From: Candidatus Babeliales bacterium | Lineage (GTDB): Bacteria; Babelota; Babeliae; Babelales; JANWKD01 | Assembly (NCBI GenBank): GCA_963722255.1 | Contig: CAVRJO010000001.1 | Span: 352,001-416,000, forward strand | Reading direction: 5' to 3' | Length of the DNA: 64,000 bases | In this document: piece after piece, positions 1-14,757 of the stretch | Position numbering within the stretch: position 1 is the stretch's first letter | How the letters are laid out: every line of letters starts with the position of its first letter | Notes under the pieces: generated by a model | Databases searched by the model: none | Seen by the model: the letters and a program-made list of their open reading frames with translations, nothing else | What the model was told of the DNA's origin: nothing | Position numbers and translations under genes: made by a program

Positions 1-445
1 CGCTGTCACCAAGTAAAACAAATGTTTTATAATCAAGTTGATCTAATCGAGCTGCAAGTGCCATACCAACCCCGATGGAAAGACCTTGACCTAATGAACC
101 GGTCGCTACTTCTGATCGCGAAAAACGAGAAGTTGGATGTCCCTCTAGCGCCGAGCCAAATTTTCTGTATGTCATGAGATCTTCTTCAGAAAGAACTCCT
201 AACTCCTTCCATACTGCATAAAGAACAGGCGAAGCATGACCTTTTGATAAAATAAAACGATCATTATTTCTATTATAGGGATCAACGGGATCAAAACGCA
301 TAGCGTAAAAAAAAAGAGCTGCAACAAGATCTGCTGCCGAAAGAGCCGAAGTCGGATGGCCCGAGCCAGCATGAGTTGTCATTTTTAATGACGAAATACG
401 CATAGCATAAGCGGTATGATTAAGAAACTTGATTATAGTATCCAT
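1..445 (-). CDS. tkt: Transketolase, N-terminal part (runs off the window start)
   Basis: Manual translation from ATG at 445: MDTIIKFLNHTAYAMRISSLKMTTHAGSGHPTSALSAAD...DRFILSKGHASPVLY...LEGHPT...ATGSLGQGLSIGVGMALA...VLLGDS. These are transketolase motifs. Absent from the ORF track because it is truncated. Confidence 0.93.
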   Translation of the reverse strand, partial: MDTIIKFLNHTAYAMRISSLKMTTHAGSGHPTSALSAADLVAALFFYAMRFDPVDPYNRNNDRFILSKGHASPVLYAVWKELGVLSEEDLMTYRKFGSALEGHPTSRFSRSEVATGSLGQGLSIGVGMALAARLDQLDYKTFVLLGDS

Positions 446-495
446 TACTTTCCTTTTTATAATATCTCATATCAATATAGCTAGTATATCATTAC

Positions 496-533
496 AAAAA
501 AAACGGGGAAACAAACAATCGTCTGTTTCCCCG
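496..533 (-). terminator. Rho-independent terminator
   Basis: Stem cggggaaaca/tgtttccccg with an A8 run on + (U-tail on -), downstream of ORF 560-1015. Confidence 0.7.
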
Positions 534-559
534 CTAATGTTTTTTAAAGTACAATCAGC

Positions 560-1015
560 TTATTGAATAATAACACCCGCAGTTGTTGTAATATGTACCC
601 ATTTAATAACTTCTTGAGCTAAGAGTTGTTTCAAGAGAGGTTTCAGTTCTAATAACATAACTTCCATCTCTTTTTCTGCTTGAATCTCTTTTAAAACCTC
701 AGATAGAATTGGATCAAAAACCGAATCATTATTTGTTTGTGCAATTATTTTTTGTTCCACTGCAGCAGAGTCTTTTTTGTAAGCCGAAATTATTGATAAG
801 CGAAATTTCGGGAATTTAGCAAGAAATTTTCCAACCATCATTATACCAACTGCTTGCAAAAGCTGTTCCATTTGTTGCATTTCTTGCAGTTGATCCATAG
901 AGATCATCTCTGATTTGCCACCTTTAGTACCCATTTTTCCCGGTTGTACCGCTTCAAGGCACAAAGAAGAGAATGTGATAGCTGTAAGTAGTAATAATTT
1001 TTTATTAATTTTCAT
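560..1015 (-). CDS. Hypothetical exported protein
   Basis: ORF; ATG at 1015 preceded by AAGGA; N-terminal signal-peptide-like MKINKKLLLLTAITFSSLCLEA. Confidence 0.7.
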   Translation of the reverse strand: MKINKKLLLLTAITFSSLCLEAVQPGKMGTKGGKSEMISMDQLQEMQQMEQLLQAVGIMMVGKFLAKFPKFRLSIISAYKKDSAAVEQKIIAQTNNDSVFDPILSEVLKEIQAEKEMEVMLLELKPLLKQLLAQEVIKWVHITTTAGVIIQ

Positions 1016-1108
1016 ACACAAATCCTTTAACCGTTTTTTAGATATTTCAACGTTATAACTTTATCTAATATAGCATAGATATATAACAAAACCAAATGAG
1101 CCGATTTT

Positions 1109-1609
1109 TTATAGCGCACCTGACTTTTTAGTTTCTATTTGCAATTTTCTTTGCTCTTTAAGATTTGTTATAATTTGTATTTTAAAAGTTTTAATAAAAG
1201 ATACTTTAAAATCATTAACAAAATTTTCATAACCAATACTAACAGGTAAATACCCATATAATTCACTTGTATGTGAAGCTATCAAATTAAGATAGTTTGT
1301 CTCAAACTTTTTTATGATCTCATCAACTATGCCATTTTCGTTCTCATTTAATTCGACAGTTTCCCCTGTTTCCAACTTTGCAAGAACTTCATTATGGTCA
1401 TGTTTAAATTCATCGACTAAATGAGTAATAAATTTAAGAACTTCATCTATACGATTAGCTTCAACTTCAACTGGCACCTTTGTAATGGATGCTAAAACTC
1501 CTATTCGTTCTTCTAAATCATTGCTTTCTTGATGATGATGCTGCCCCTCCATAGATAAAAGTGGATTACACAAAACAATCAAACCTAAACAAATTATAAA
1601 TCTTTTCAT
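1109..1609 (-). CDS. Hypothetical exported protein (signal peptide + Met motif)
   Basis: ORF; MKRFIICLGLIVLCNPLLS|MEG; start adjusted from TTG 1630 to ATG 1609. Confidence 0.7.
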   Translation of the reverse strand: MKRFIICLGLIVLCNPLLSMEGQHHHQESNDLEERIGVLASITKVPVEVEANRIDEVLKFITHLVDEFKHDHNEVLAKLETGETVELNENENGIVDEIIKKFETNYLNLIASHTSELYGYLPVSIGYENFVNDFKVSFIKTFKIQIITNLKEQRKLQIETKKSGAL

Positions 1610-1643
1610 AAACAAACTACTTTCGTACAATAATCTTTATACT

Positions 1644-2024
1644 CTAATAATACAGGCCAGTAGCATTAAGATCGAACCTCACTTTTTTTTGCTTTATTCC
1701 TTTATCTCTCTGATCATCCAAATCATTTTTTGCTATTGATTCTAACCATATATTTTGTTCAGCTTTATAAACAGCTATGAGATCTAATAAGAGTTTATTT
1801 TGTTTAATATTGTAGTTAATACTATCAATAGCAAATTGCTTTTCTTCCTCTTTACGAGCAAAAAAAAGTGCTTTGAGATAATAATCAACCAAATCATTAG
1901 CATCAATAATCAATTGTTTATTTTCTGTTGCTTCGCTATTTGTACAATTATCTCTTTGCTCCATAGCAGACAGTTGACTACTTGTGAATAAAATAAGACC
2001 AAAAAAGATGTTTCTACTATTCAT
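1644..2024 (-). CDS. Hypothetical exported protein (signal peptide + Met motif)
   Basis: ORF with AAGGAG RBS; MNSRNIFFGLILFTSSQLSA|MEQ. Confidence 0.72.
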   Translation of the reverse strand: MNSRNIFFGLILFTSSQLSAMEQRDNCTNSEATENKQLIIDANDLVDYYLKALFFARKEEEKQFAIDSINYNIKQNKLLLDLIAVYKAEQNIWLESIAKNDLDDQRDKGIKQKKVRFDLNATGLYY

Positions 2025-2064
2025 ATAACTCCTTTATGTACTACCATAAATTTTATTTAATACC

Positions 2065-2097
2065 AAAAAAAAAGGCGATGTATTTAAACATCGCCTT
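2065..2097 (-). terminator. rRNA operon terminator
   Basis: aaggcgatg/catcgcctt stem plus U-run on the minus strand, directly after 5S. Confidence 0.8.
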
Positions 2098-2108
2098 CTA
2101 ATTTTTTA

Positions 2109-2224
2109 ACCTGGCAGTACCTACTTTTCCAGTCCGTTACCAAACAAGTATCATCGGCGTTGTAGACTTAACTTCCGTATTCGGGATGGGAACGGGTATT
2201 TCCCTACAACTATATCCACCAGGA
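2109..2224 (-). rRNA. rrf: 5S rRNA
   Basis: ~116 nt with paired ends (cctgg...ccagg) and 5S-like core (cccatcccgaatacggaagttaag on -), downstream of 23S. Confidence 0.92.
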
Positions 2225-2342
2225 ATTTTTTAGATCATCTTATTCTTAGATAAGTGATCAAACTTTTCAAACTTATTCTTGTGAATATTTGTAATTTAAA
2301 TCTCTATTTACTGATCACTTATCACCATAAAAATTTGTAGTG

Positions 2343-5361
<3,019 letters not shown>

Positions 5362-5524
5362 CAAATTTTTATGACTAATGTAATCAATAGGTAACAAACT
5401 CAATATGAATTTGTAGAGATTTAAATTACAAATATTTCAAAGATCACAAGAATTTAACTTTTATATCTATTAATTTTGTATTCGAAAAATCCATTTTATA
5501 AACCAATGCCAGCTTTAAAAAATC

Positions 5525-5600
5525 TGGTGGAGATGAGCGGAATCGAACCGCTGACCTTCCGCGTGCAAAACGGACGCTCTACCAACTGAGCTACATCCCC
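5525..5600 (-). tRNA. tRNA-Ala (TGC)
   Basis: Reverse complement ggggatgtagctcagttggtagagcg...tttgcac...ggttcgattcc...cca; 76 nt with encoded CCA. Confidence 0.96.
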
Positions 5601-5677
5601 TTATTTTATACAAAAGCTCAACTGAGACATCCACTGAAAACAGTTACAGCCATTCAATCAACACCCACCAACTATAA

Positions 5678-5754
5678 TGGTGGGCCTAAGTCGACTTGAA
5701 CGACTGACCTCCCCGTTATCAGCGGGGTGCTCTAACCACCTGAGCTATAGGCCC
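5678..5754 (-). tRNA. tRNA-Ile (GAT)
   Basis: Reverse complement gggcctatagctcaggtggttagagca...ctgataa...gttcaagtcg...cca; 77 nt. Confidence 0.96.
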
Positions 5755-5893
5755 AGCATTGTATTAACTAGTAACCCTATCAATAATTACTGATAAAAAT
5801 TAAACACTTATGAGTCTTACGAACTCTTTCAAATTTATATACACCTTTAAAAAACAAAAGTATAAGATACTTTTGAATCACATAATCTCCCTC

Positions 5894-7438
<1,545 letters not shown>

Positions 7439-7605
7439 CAAATTTATGTGAAAGATTTACATCGTAAGACTCATAAGCGAATTTTTAGGATTTTTCTATA
7501 CATTTCAAAGAAAAATTAATTTTTACTTTAACGTTCGACCTTCGCTTGTTAGCTGCTGCGATTCGTGTTGTGCGTTTGTTGTTTCAATCGTTAAATACAA
7601 AATAA

Positions 7606-7633
7606 ATTATATAGGTATTACAGCTTAAGTCAA
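7606..7633 (-). promoter_or_regulatory. sigma70-type rRNA promoter
   Basis: Minus strand TTGACT-N16-TATAAT with an AT-rich UP-like tract upstream. Confidence 0.7.
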
Positions 7634-7705
7634 CACTTTTTTTAATTTTTTTTAAAAATTTTTTTAAAAATTAAAAAAAAACTATTTTTTCTCCAATTTT
7701 TAAGG

Positions 7706-8290
7706 TTAAATTATCGATTTTTTTAGCTCTAATTTAATAATAGATTCAAGCTCCAGAACGGCTTTTTCAATATCTTCATTAAGAACCCTATAGTTAAATA
7801 ATAAACTTTTCAAAAATTTTTCATTTTCCCTGAAAGAAATTGAAATTCTTTCTTGAATTTGTTCATTATTTTCAGAATTTCTCATTAAAAGTCTTGTTTT
7901 TATAGTTTCTTGAGCAGGAACTTCTATCCAAATAAAGACCGAAGATTGGATCTTTTTGTTTATAGAAACCGCTCCTTGGATATCAGTAATAATGATAAAA
8001 TTATTTCCCGCCTTCAATCCTTCTATAATTGAAGAAGGTGACCCATAATAATTACCATACTCGCCACTCCACTCAAGAAAATAATTATCATTAATTTTTT
8101 CTTCAAACTCCTCAGGAGATAAAAAATGGTAATCACGCCCATCAACTTCTTCCAAACGAGGCTTTTTTGAGGTATAGGTAATTACGCGAGATAGTGGATA
8201 TTCTCCTGCTAATCTCGTAATAACTTGTGAAACTAACGTTGTTTTACCCGCTCCTGAACATGCAGAAACAACGAACAATTTTCCCGACAT
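7706..8290 (-). CDS. gmk: Guanylate kinase
   Basis: P-loop SACSGAGKTT, TYTSKKPR..EVDGRDYHF, GNYYGS motifs. Confidence 0.93.
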   Translation of the reverse strand: MSGKLFVVSACSGAGKTTLVSQVITRLAGEYPLSRVITYTSKKPRLEEVDGRDYHFLSPEEFEEKINDNYFLEWSGEYGNYYGSPSSIIEGLKAGNNFIIITDIQGAVSINKKIQSSVFIWIEVPAQETIKTRLLMRNSENNEQIQERISISFRENEKFLKSLLFNYRVLNEDIEKAVLELESIIKLELKKSII

Positions 8291-8574
8291 TGTATCCCTT
8301 TAGTGTATCGCACAAAAATCATTCTCAACACAACTTTACAATTTGGTACAAAAAACGGTAATTTAAAGCCAAACTTTGTAATTATTAATACTAATATAGA
8401 TTTTACATTTTTTTGTTATATTAAAAATAATTAATTAGTTTTATTTTGAAAAAACAGTATGAATTTAGCAAAAATTTGCTTACTGGTTACACTTTTTTTT
8501 AAGGCAATAAAAATCAATGGAGTAATCAATTGCTTTTATATTCCCTTTCAAATCGCATTCTTCATTTTCTAATG

Positions 8575-9876
8575 CTATGCGCAAATGCCTTTTTTAAGCA
8601 AATGAACCGCTAATGTATCATGAACAGCATTGGCCATCCCTTTAAGAGGAGCACAGTTTTCCAAATTAGAATAATCAAATGTGCAATAGTGCAAAATCTG
8701 TATACCGGTTCTTGCACCAACTAAGGCTCCTGCTAATGATGCAATCGAATCACTATCTCCAGGCGTATTAGCACCTTCAAGAAGAGCAGCCTTTAGATCA
8801 TCAGAATGGCGTATAAAAATGTATAATGCTGCTGCAACTGCTTCATCAGCCGACCATCCCAAAAGAGCTCCGCTTCTTGAGCGAAAATTAGCTTGCTTAT
8901 CATTTACCATTCCTAAAATCGATTCAGGCATATTTCCTTCTTTGGCCATAGTATAAGCATATCGAAGCATATCACTGGTTACTAAGCGATCATTTGAAAT
9001 CATTGAGGGCTCAAAACAAGATTCTTCAGGTAATTTGCGCGCTCTTGTCTTATAATGCAACTCACTCTCATCATATTCTTGAGCTGCTTGAATCATTGCT
9101 TGCGCAACTTCATCAGGAGATTTTTGCAATAATGCTTGACTAACACCAACTGCAAGAGCCACCGATGCTGCACGAGCCATTGGATGCCTGTGAGTGAGTA
9201 TAGATTGCTTGTCTGCAATTTCTTTAACCAAAGCAAGATTATCAGCAAAAATAACACCAATCGGCCATGCGCGCATCACAGAGCCACAACCACCTTCTTG
9301 AGCAATTACTTTATTAAACTTCATATCAAGAACAGTATCATACTGATACCAATACAATGGATTTTTATCGGCTATACCATATTGTATATACTGCTCCAAC
9401 TTTAATGCTGCTTTTAAATTCTGTGCACCATGAGCGCGTAATGAAAATAAAGGGTCTACAGCAAAGCGATTCTTACCCAATATTCGTGCATAACTTCGAG
9501 CCAATTTATCCATCATAAGATGTACAGAAGAACTTTGTTGCCGCCCCTCCAATACTACCTTTGCAACTTCTATCGCCATAACCGTATCATCGGTATAAGG
9601 AACAACCGTAGAACCCACAAGAGGATGATACACTTCCATACGTTTATCAAATCCTGTAATACCGTCAGGACCAAATTTTTTATGAATCTCTGCAACTGAC
9701 GGAATAAATTCGGTTAAACGGCCAAGGGCGTCGCCAATTGCCGCACCAAGGAATACCCCAGCAATTCTATCTTTTAGTAAACCACATGAATCAGAATCAA
9801 AATTTTGAGCAAAAACAGAAGAAAAACTTCCAAAAGACGTTATCAATAATGAAAAAAGGACGAATACATACATCAT
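8575..9876 (-). CDS. ADP-ribosylglycohydrolase family protein with signal peptide
   Basis: GAAIGDALG, YTDDT, GCGSVMR, LTH, GDSDSIASLAGALVGA motifs of the DraG/ARH family; hydrophobic N-terminus ending VFA|Q. Confidence 0.88.
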   Translation of the reverse strand: MMYVFVLFSLLITSFGSFSSVFAQNFDSDSCGLLKDRIAGVFLGAAIGDALGRLTEFIPSVAEIHKKFGPDGITGFDKRMEVYHPLVGSTVVPYTDDTVMAIEVAKVVLEGRQQSSSVHLMMDKLARSYARILGKNRFAVDPLFSLRAHGAQNLKAALKLEQYIQYGIADKNPLYWYQYDTVLDMKFNKVIAQEGGCGSVMRAWPIGVIFADNLALVKEIADKQSILTHRHPMARAASVALAVGVSQALLQKSPDEVAQAMIQAAQEYDESELHYKTRARKLPEESCFEPSMISNDRLVTSDMLRYAYTMAKEGNMPESILGMVNDKQANFRSRSGALLGWSADEAVAAALYIFIRHSDDLKAALLEGANTPGDSDSIASLAGALVGARTGIQILHYCTFDYSNLENCAPLKGMANAVHDTLAVHLLKKGICA

Positions 9877-10006
9877 AATTACACCTCACAAACCTATACG
9901 TTTTGTATTCTTTAGCACTATCTAGTCTACGCTACCTAATTCAAAAATCAAAAGGGTATGCTTAAGAAGCTAAAACATAGACATTTATGAAGTTATTCTA
10001 TTGGAC

Positions 10007-11929
10007 TTAATTTTCAAAGCGACAGCCAACATGTTTAGACAAAAATTTCTCAACAGTAGCATAAAATTTCAATCTATTTTGTGGCCTAACTAATCCGTGC
10101 CCTTCATCAGGAAAAAGCAAATATTCGTATTCAAGGCCTTTTTCATTCATTGCTTTTACAATTTGTTCAGATTCCGCTTGTTTTACGCGCACATCATTTG
10201 CCCCATGTACAATTAAAATTGGGATTTTAATGTTTTCAATTTTAAACAATGGAGAACGTGACTTTAGAAATTCTTCATCAGAAATTTTTCCAATACGTTT
10301 TTCCCATTGTGACAATGACCAATAGGGAGGCAAATTTTGTAAAACCGTTAACAAATTACTTATCCCGCAACAATCAATTGCACAACAAAATAGATCGGGT
10401 GTAAAGGTCGCACCCACCAAAGCTGCATAACCACCATAAGAACCACCAAAAATAACAATTTTTTTAGGATCCGCAACTCCTTCATCTATCGCCCAATTTA
10501 CCGCATCGATAAGATCATCTTGCATTTTACCGCCCCATTCTCCATTTCCTTTTGCTAAAAATGATTTTCCATATCCAGCTGAACCGCGATAATTAACTTG
10601 CAAACAAGCAAAACCGCGATTAGAAAGTAGTTGCACAACGGGTGTAAATTCCCAGCTATCGCGCATAAAAGGCCCACCATGGACTAATAACACAAGGGGC
10701 AAATTTTTTCTTTCAACATTAAGCGGACACGTTAAATAACCCCGAATTTTTAATCCGTCTCGTGCTATAAAAGAAATTGGTTCCATTGGTGATAGTTGAT
10801 ACTCATTAAGCTCAGGGCGTTGATGGAATAAAAATCTACTTTCTTTTGTATCAAAATTATACAAATAATATTCGACCGATTTATTATCAAAAACAAAAGC
10901 AACTAATGCTTTTTTATTATCATAGGTTTTTCTTATCGTATATAAATCACCATCACCTAACGCTTTAATACGGTCATAGTCTTCTTGAAGTGCATTATTT
11001 AGTAGTTTAAAGTTACGCCTTTCTTTATTCCATATTATAATTTCTGGTTCATACGTAGTTGCATCAAAAATAACATTAACAATATCAAATTCAGGATCTT
11101 CTGCCCTTATTTCTCTTATCCCTGTTTTGATATCAATACGTTGTAAACTACGCGTATTTGTTCCTAAAGATGTATTAAGATAAAGATGAGTGTTATCTTT
11201 ATCAAATCCTAAAATTCCTGAATACAGATCATCTTTTAAAGTATCTTCAAAATCAGCAGTTAGAAGTTTTTTCCAATCCTCGTTATTACTAGCACGAATG
11301 AATAGGTCTTGAGATCCATCACTATTTGTTTGTAATGCACCCAATAGCTGCAAATGTCTGCCAACAATCCAACGGGTATAGGTTCCCGGATTTTTTGCCA
11401 CCAAACTCAAATCACCAGTAATTAAATCAAGATGATAAACATCAAAAAATTTTGGATTTTCTTTATTCATCTCTATTAAAATTTCATGATGATAATCTTT
11501 ATCTATGGCTAAAATACGTGCTTTAACACCTGAAAAGAGGGTAAAATCTTTAATCTCTCCTGTAGTGCTATCAACTGCAAATAGATGATAATTTTCGTCA
11601 CCATTTGTATCTTGAAGATAAAGGAGTTGTTTTCCATTTGACGCCCAGCTAAAACTTGAAATCCCCCGCTTTGTTTCATGAGTTATTACTTTATCATCTT
11701 CTTTACCAACCGTTTTAACCCAAATATTTAATATACCATCTAACGGAGCACAATAGGCTAACCGAGTACCATCTGGAGATAAGGACGGGTAAGATTTTAC
11801 TGGATTTCCAAACAAAACTGCTCGAGGAATAAGAGCAACATTATTTTGAGTATTTAAAAATGATACAAAACAAACAAAAAAAGGTATTACAAGCATCAAT
11901 ACTATTTGCATAAATCTTGAGTTCATCAT
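10007..11929 (-). CDS. S9 family peptidase (acylaminoacyl/dipeptidyl aminopeptidase)
   Basis: VHGGP, GGSYGG nucleophile, HGANDVRV, DEGHG catalytic motifs; beta-propeller N-terminal region. Confidence 0.92.
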   Translation of the reverse strand: MMNSRFMQIVLMLVIPFFVCFVSFLNTQNNVALIPRAVLFGNPVKSYPSLSPDGTRLAYCAPLDGILNIWVKTVGKEDDKVITHETKRGISSFSWASNGKQLLYLQDTNGDENYHLFAVDSTTGEIKDFTLFSGVKARILAIDKDYHHEILIEMNKENPKFFDVYHLDLITGDLSLVAKNPGTYTRWIVGRHLQLLGALQTNSDGSQDLFIRASNNEDWKKLLTADFEDTLKDDLYSGILGFDKDNTHLYLNTSLGTNTRSLQRIDIKTGIREIRAEDPEFDIVNVIFDATTYEPEIIIWNKERRNFKLLNNALQEDYDRIKALGDGDLYTIRKTYDNKKALVAFVFDNKSVEYYLYNFDTKESRFLFHQRPELNEYQLSPMEPISFIARDGLKIRGYLTCPLNVERKNLPLVLLVHGGPFMRDSWEFTPVVQLLSNRGFACLQVNYRGSAGYGKSFLAKGNGEWGGKMQDDLIDAVNWAIDEGVADPKKIVIFGGSYGGYAALVGATFTPDLFCCAIDCCGISNLLTVLQNLPPYWSLSQWEKRIGKISDEEFLKSRSPLFKIENIKIPILIVHGANDVRVKQAESEQIVKAMNEKGLEYEYLLFPDEGHGLVRPQNRLKFYATVEKFLSKHVGCRFEN

Positions 11930-12128
11930 CTTCTATTTTACCCCAATACATTTTTTACACTAAAAGAATATATATAAGTATATACAAAATGAAAAAAATT
12001 TCAATTTAGCTTACTGCTCTCCTCTCTGACAATTTTTGATGATTTCATTATTATTCTAAGCCAACATAACCAGAAACCCTTTTTTTAACTTAAAAAGAGC
12101 GAATAACCACCAAATCTTAATTGATTTC

Positions 12129-13578
12129 TGTCAACGCAACGTGAAAAGTTCCGGTATTTAGCAAAGTAAAAAGTTCCTAACATTAAAGCGCCTCCACGGC
12201 CGGCGCGACCGGCTTCAACCTACTCTCACTAGGGGGCAACCCGCCTGCCCAACGTTGGCTATTTTTTGAAGGCTTTCTTGGTATACAGTCAGATATTTTT
12301 TTCTCCTGAATTTGGGGGGTTGGTCGTTGGTAGATTTCGCTAAAAGAAAGTTCTGTTTTTCGAATCCACAGTTTTATGGTTCCATTTAAATGTACTTTAA
12401 CAACAATGGTATTTTTTGGAAAAATGATTGTTTTTTGCTGATCGCTTAATTGAAAAATCTGTTTTTGGTAGGTAATAGTAAAATCATTCGTAAGAATACG
12501 AGTCTCTTGTGTGCTAAATATATCGTTTAAATCAAATGATTGAGCGCTAGCATGGGCATCGCCTTCTTGGGCAGCAGGAACTTGAAATGCAGCATTATGC
12601 TTTGCAATATAATTGCTTGTTCGCAGATAATTATTTGCTTGATCTATTGATGATATCCCAGCAAGTCTCATTTCCTTAATAAGGCGATCTTGAAGGGTTT
12701 GATTGCAACGTTCAACGCGGCCCTTTGCCTGAGGACTATTGGCATGTATAACATCAATTCCCAAATCTTTACAAGCGCGCTCCCATTGGGTCTTTTTAAT
12801 ATTTTCTTGATTACTCAAATTAACATGGAAAACAGAACCGTGGTCAGTATAAAAAGTTTGAGGAATCCCATATTTTTCAACGTAATTTTTAGTTGCGGTC
12901 ATTAAAGCATGCATCGATTCAGAAGGGGCAAACTCAAGCCAAAGGATTTGGCCAGTAGCATCGTCAATAAAAACAAGTAAGGTACATACCCCAGCACGCC
13001 CTTCAAACCAGTCATGTGGAGAGCCATCAAGCTGAATCATTATGCCAAACATACGCCTTCTTTCTCGTCGCTTGCGATGCTTGCTGCGCTGTTTTTTAGG
13101 TTGCCATATTCCTGCCTTAATCATGACCTTTCTAACAGCTTCTCGACTTATCTTTATTCCATGCAACTCTTTAAGTTTTTCAGCCGCAAAGGTTGGCCCA
13201 AAGCCTTGCCAATCGCTTTCTAACAATGAGATTAACAATCGTTCTTCTCCTTGATCCCATCTATTTGGGCTTTCTTTTCCCCTATTGCCATGTACAAGGC
13301 CAAAGTCGTCAGATTCACAATATCTTCCATATTTTTCTCTGACCCACCGCTCTGTAAATCTCAGACGGGCTGCAGCCTCTGCCTGTGTCATTTTTCCTTC
13401 TTTAACCTGAACAAACACTTTTGCCTGTTCTCGTTCTTTGCGATTCATGGTAATATATTCCATATAAGTTCCGTTGCATTTTTAGAGTTTTTCTTTTTGT
13501 TTACAAGATTAAGTTTACCCTAAAAACCGGAACTTTTTACTTTGCGCTATAATAGGAACTTATCACTTTGCGCTAACA
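12129..13578 (-). mobile_element. Insertion sequence, IS1202 family (formerly ISNCY), 1450 bp
   Basis: Ends TGT...ACA; paired internal motifs (gcaacgtgaaaagttcc, gcaaagtaaaaagttcc left; ggaactttttactttgc, ggaacttatcactttgc right); 17-bp direct repeat aaatcttaattgatttc at 12112-12128 and 13579-13595. Confidence 0.9.
12183..13463 (-). CDS. DDE transposase (ISNCY/IS1202 family)
   Basis: N-terminal HTH, QLDGSPHDWFE, FIDDATG, YTDHGS, SPQAKGRVER...TLQDRL motifs. Confidence 0.93.
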   Translation of the reverse strand: MEYITMNRKEREQAKVFVQVKEGKMTQAEAAARLRFTERWVREKYGRYCESDDFGLVHGNRGKESPNRWDQGEERLLISLLESDWQGFGPTFAAEKLKELHGIKISREAVRKVMIKAGIWQPKKQRSKHRKRRERRRMFGIMIQLDGSPHDWFEGRAGVCTLLVFIDDATGQILWLEFAPSESMHALMTATKNYVEKYGIPQTFYTDHGSVFHVNLSNQENIKKTQWERACKDLGIDVIHANSPQAKGRVERCNQTLQDRLIKEMRLAGISSIDQANNYLRTSNYIAKHNAAFQVPAAQEGDAHASAQSFDLNDIFSTQETRILTNDFTITYQKQIFQLSDQQKTIIFPKNTIVVKVHLNGTIKLWIRKTELSFSEIYQRPTPQIQEKKISDCIPRKPSKNSQRWAGGLPPSESRLKPVAPAVEAL

Positions 13579-13650
13579 AAATCTTAATTGATTTCTAGTT
13601 TGAATACGTCATTTATGGTATCCTATATTATATAACTATAAAGGATGTTA

Positions 13651-14739
13651 ATGCTTGTTGATGAACTAAAAGAAAAACTGAAATCTATAGAACCAGATCT
13701 TGCCGTTATTAAAGAATATTGGAATAACTCAGGCTCAGAAGCTGAATTTGAGCGGCTAAGCGCAATAAGTAACCAAGAGAATTTTTGGCAAAATCCGAAT
13801 CAAACTGAGATTCTTAAAGAACTCCAAGCAATTAAAACACAACGAGAACAGTATCTTTCCACGTTAACCACCTATCAAGAACTGCAAGAACTTATCGATC
13901 TTTTTGCTCAAGATGAAACAGAATTGCAAAAGATGAGCAGTGATGTTTTCGATTTTTGTCGCAACCTAAAGAAGTTTAAGATTGAAATGCTCATGAGCGA
14001 CCCACAAGATAATGCAAACTGCTTCATGACAATCAATTCAGGCGCTGGCGGAACAGAATCACAAGATTGGGCCGAAATACTTCTGCGTATGTATGTACGT
14101 TTTTGCGAGCGAGAAAAACTTACTGCAACTATTCTTGATTATCAAACTGGTGAAGGTGCCGGAATAAAATCAGCGACCCTTTTTATCAAAGGAAAAAAAG
14201 CTTACGGTCTTTTAAAAGGCGAACAAGGCGTACATCGTCTCGTGCGCATTTCTCCTTTTGATGCTAACAAACGTCGCCACACCTCATTTGCAGCAGTAAG
14301 CGTTACTCCTGAAGTTCCTGAAGTAGCTATTACTATCGATCCTAGTGACTTACGAATTGACACCTATCGTGCTGGCGGAGCTGGAGGACAACATGTTAAT
14401 AAAACAGATTCTGCTGTCCGTATAACACATATTCCAACTAATACCGTGACGCAATGTCAAAGCGAACGTTCTCAATTGCAAAACAAAGAAACCGCTATGA
14501 AAATGCTCATGGCAAAACTTGTGCAAAAACAAAAAGAAGAAGAACTCGCTAAAGCTGCTTCAGTGCAAAAACAGAAAATTGAATGGGGTTCACAAATTCG
14601 TTCCTATGTTCTGCATCCATATAAGATGGTAAAAGATCATAGAACTGATGTTGAATCACAACAACCGGACCTTGTTCTTGATGGCGAACTTATGCCATTT
14701 ATAGAAGCTAATTTAATTTTAGAAGGCTCCAAAGCATAA
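13651..14739 (+). CDS. prfB: Peptide chain release factor 2
   Basis: SPF anticodon motif (RISPFDAN), GGQ (GAGGQHVNKTDSAVR), WGSQIRSY; AAGGA RBS; single uninterrupted ORF. Confidence 0.95.
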   Translation: MLVDELKEKLKSIEPDLAVIKEYWNNSGSEAEFERLSAISNQENFWQNPNQTEILKELQAIKTQREQYLSTLTTYQELQELIDLFAQDETELQKMSSDVFDFCRNLKKFKIEMLMSDPQDNANCFMTINSGAGGTESQDWAEILLRMYVRFCEREKLTATILDYQTGEGAGIKSATLFIKGKKAYGLLKGEQGVHRLVRISPFDANKRRHTSFAAVSVTPEVPEVAITIDPSDLRIDTYRAGGAGGQHVNKTDSAVRITHIPTNTVTQCQSERSQLQNKETAMKMLMAKLVQKQKEEELAKAASVQKQKIEWGSQIRSYVLHPYKMVKDHRTDVESQQPDLVLDGELMPFIEANLILEGSKA

Positions 14740-14757
14740 ATTTTTGGCTTAAACAGC

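Noticed and set aside
8575..8590. CaaX reading of other Cys-containing C-termini (KKGICA, FKNCKI, MNSCN)
   Set aside because: Cys is not at the -4 position.
12690..13523. Short plus-strand ORFs inside the IS
   Set aside because: Antisense shadows of the transposase.
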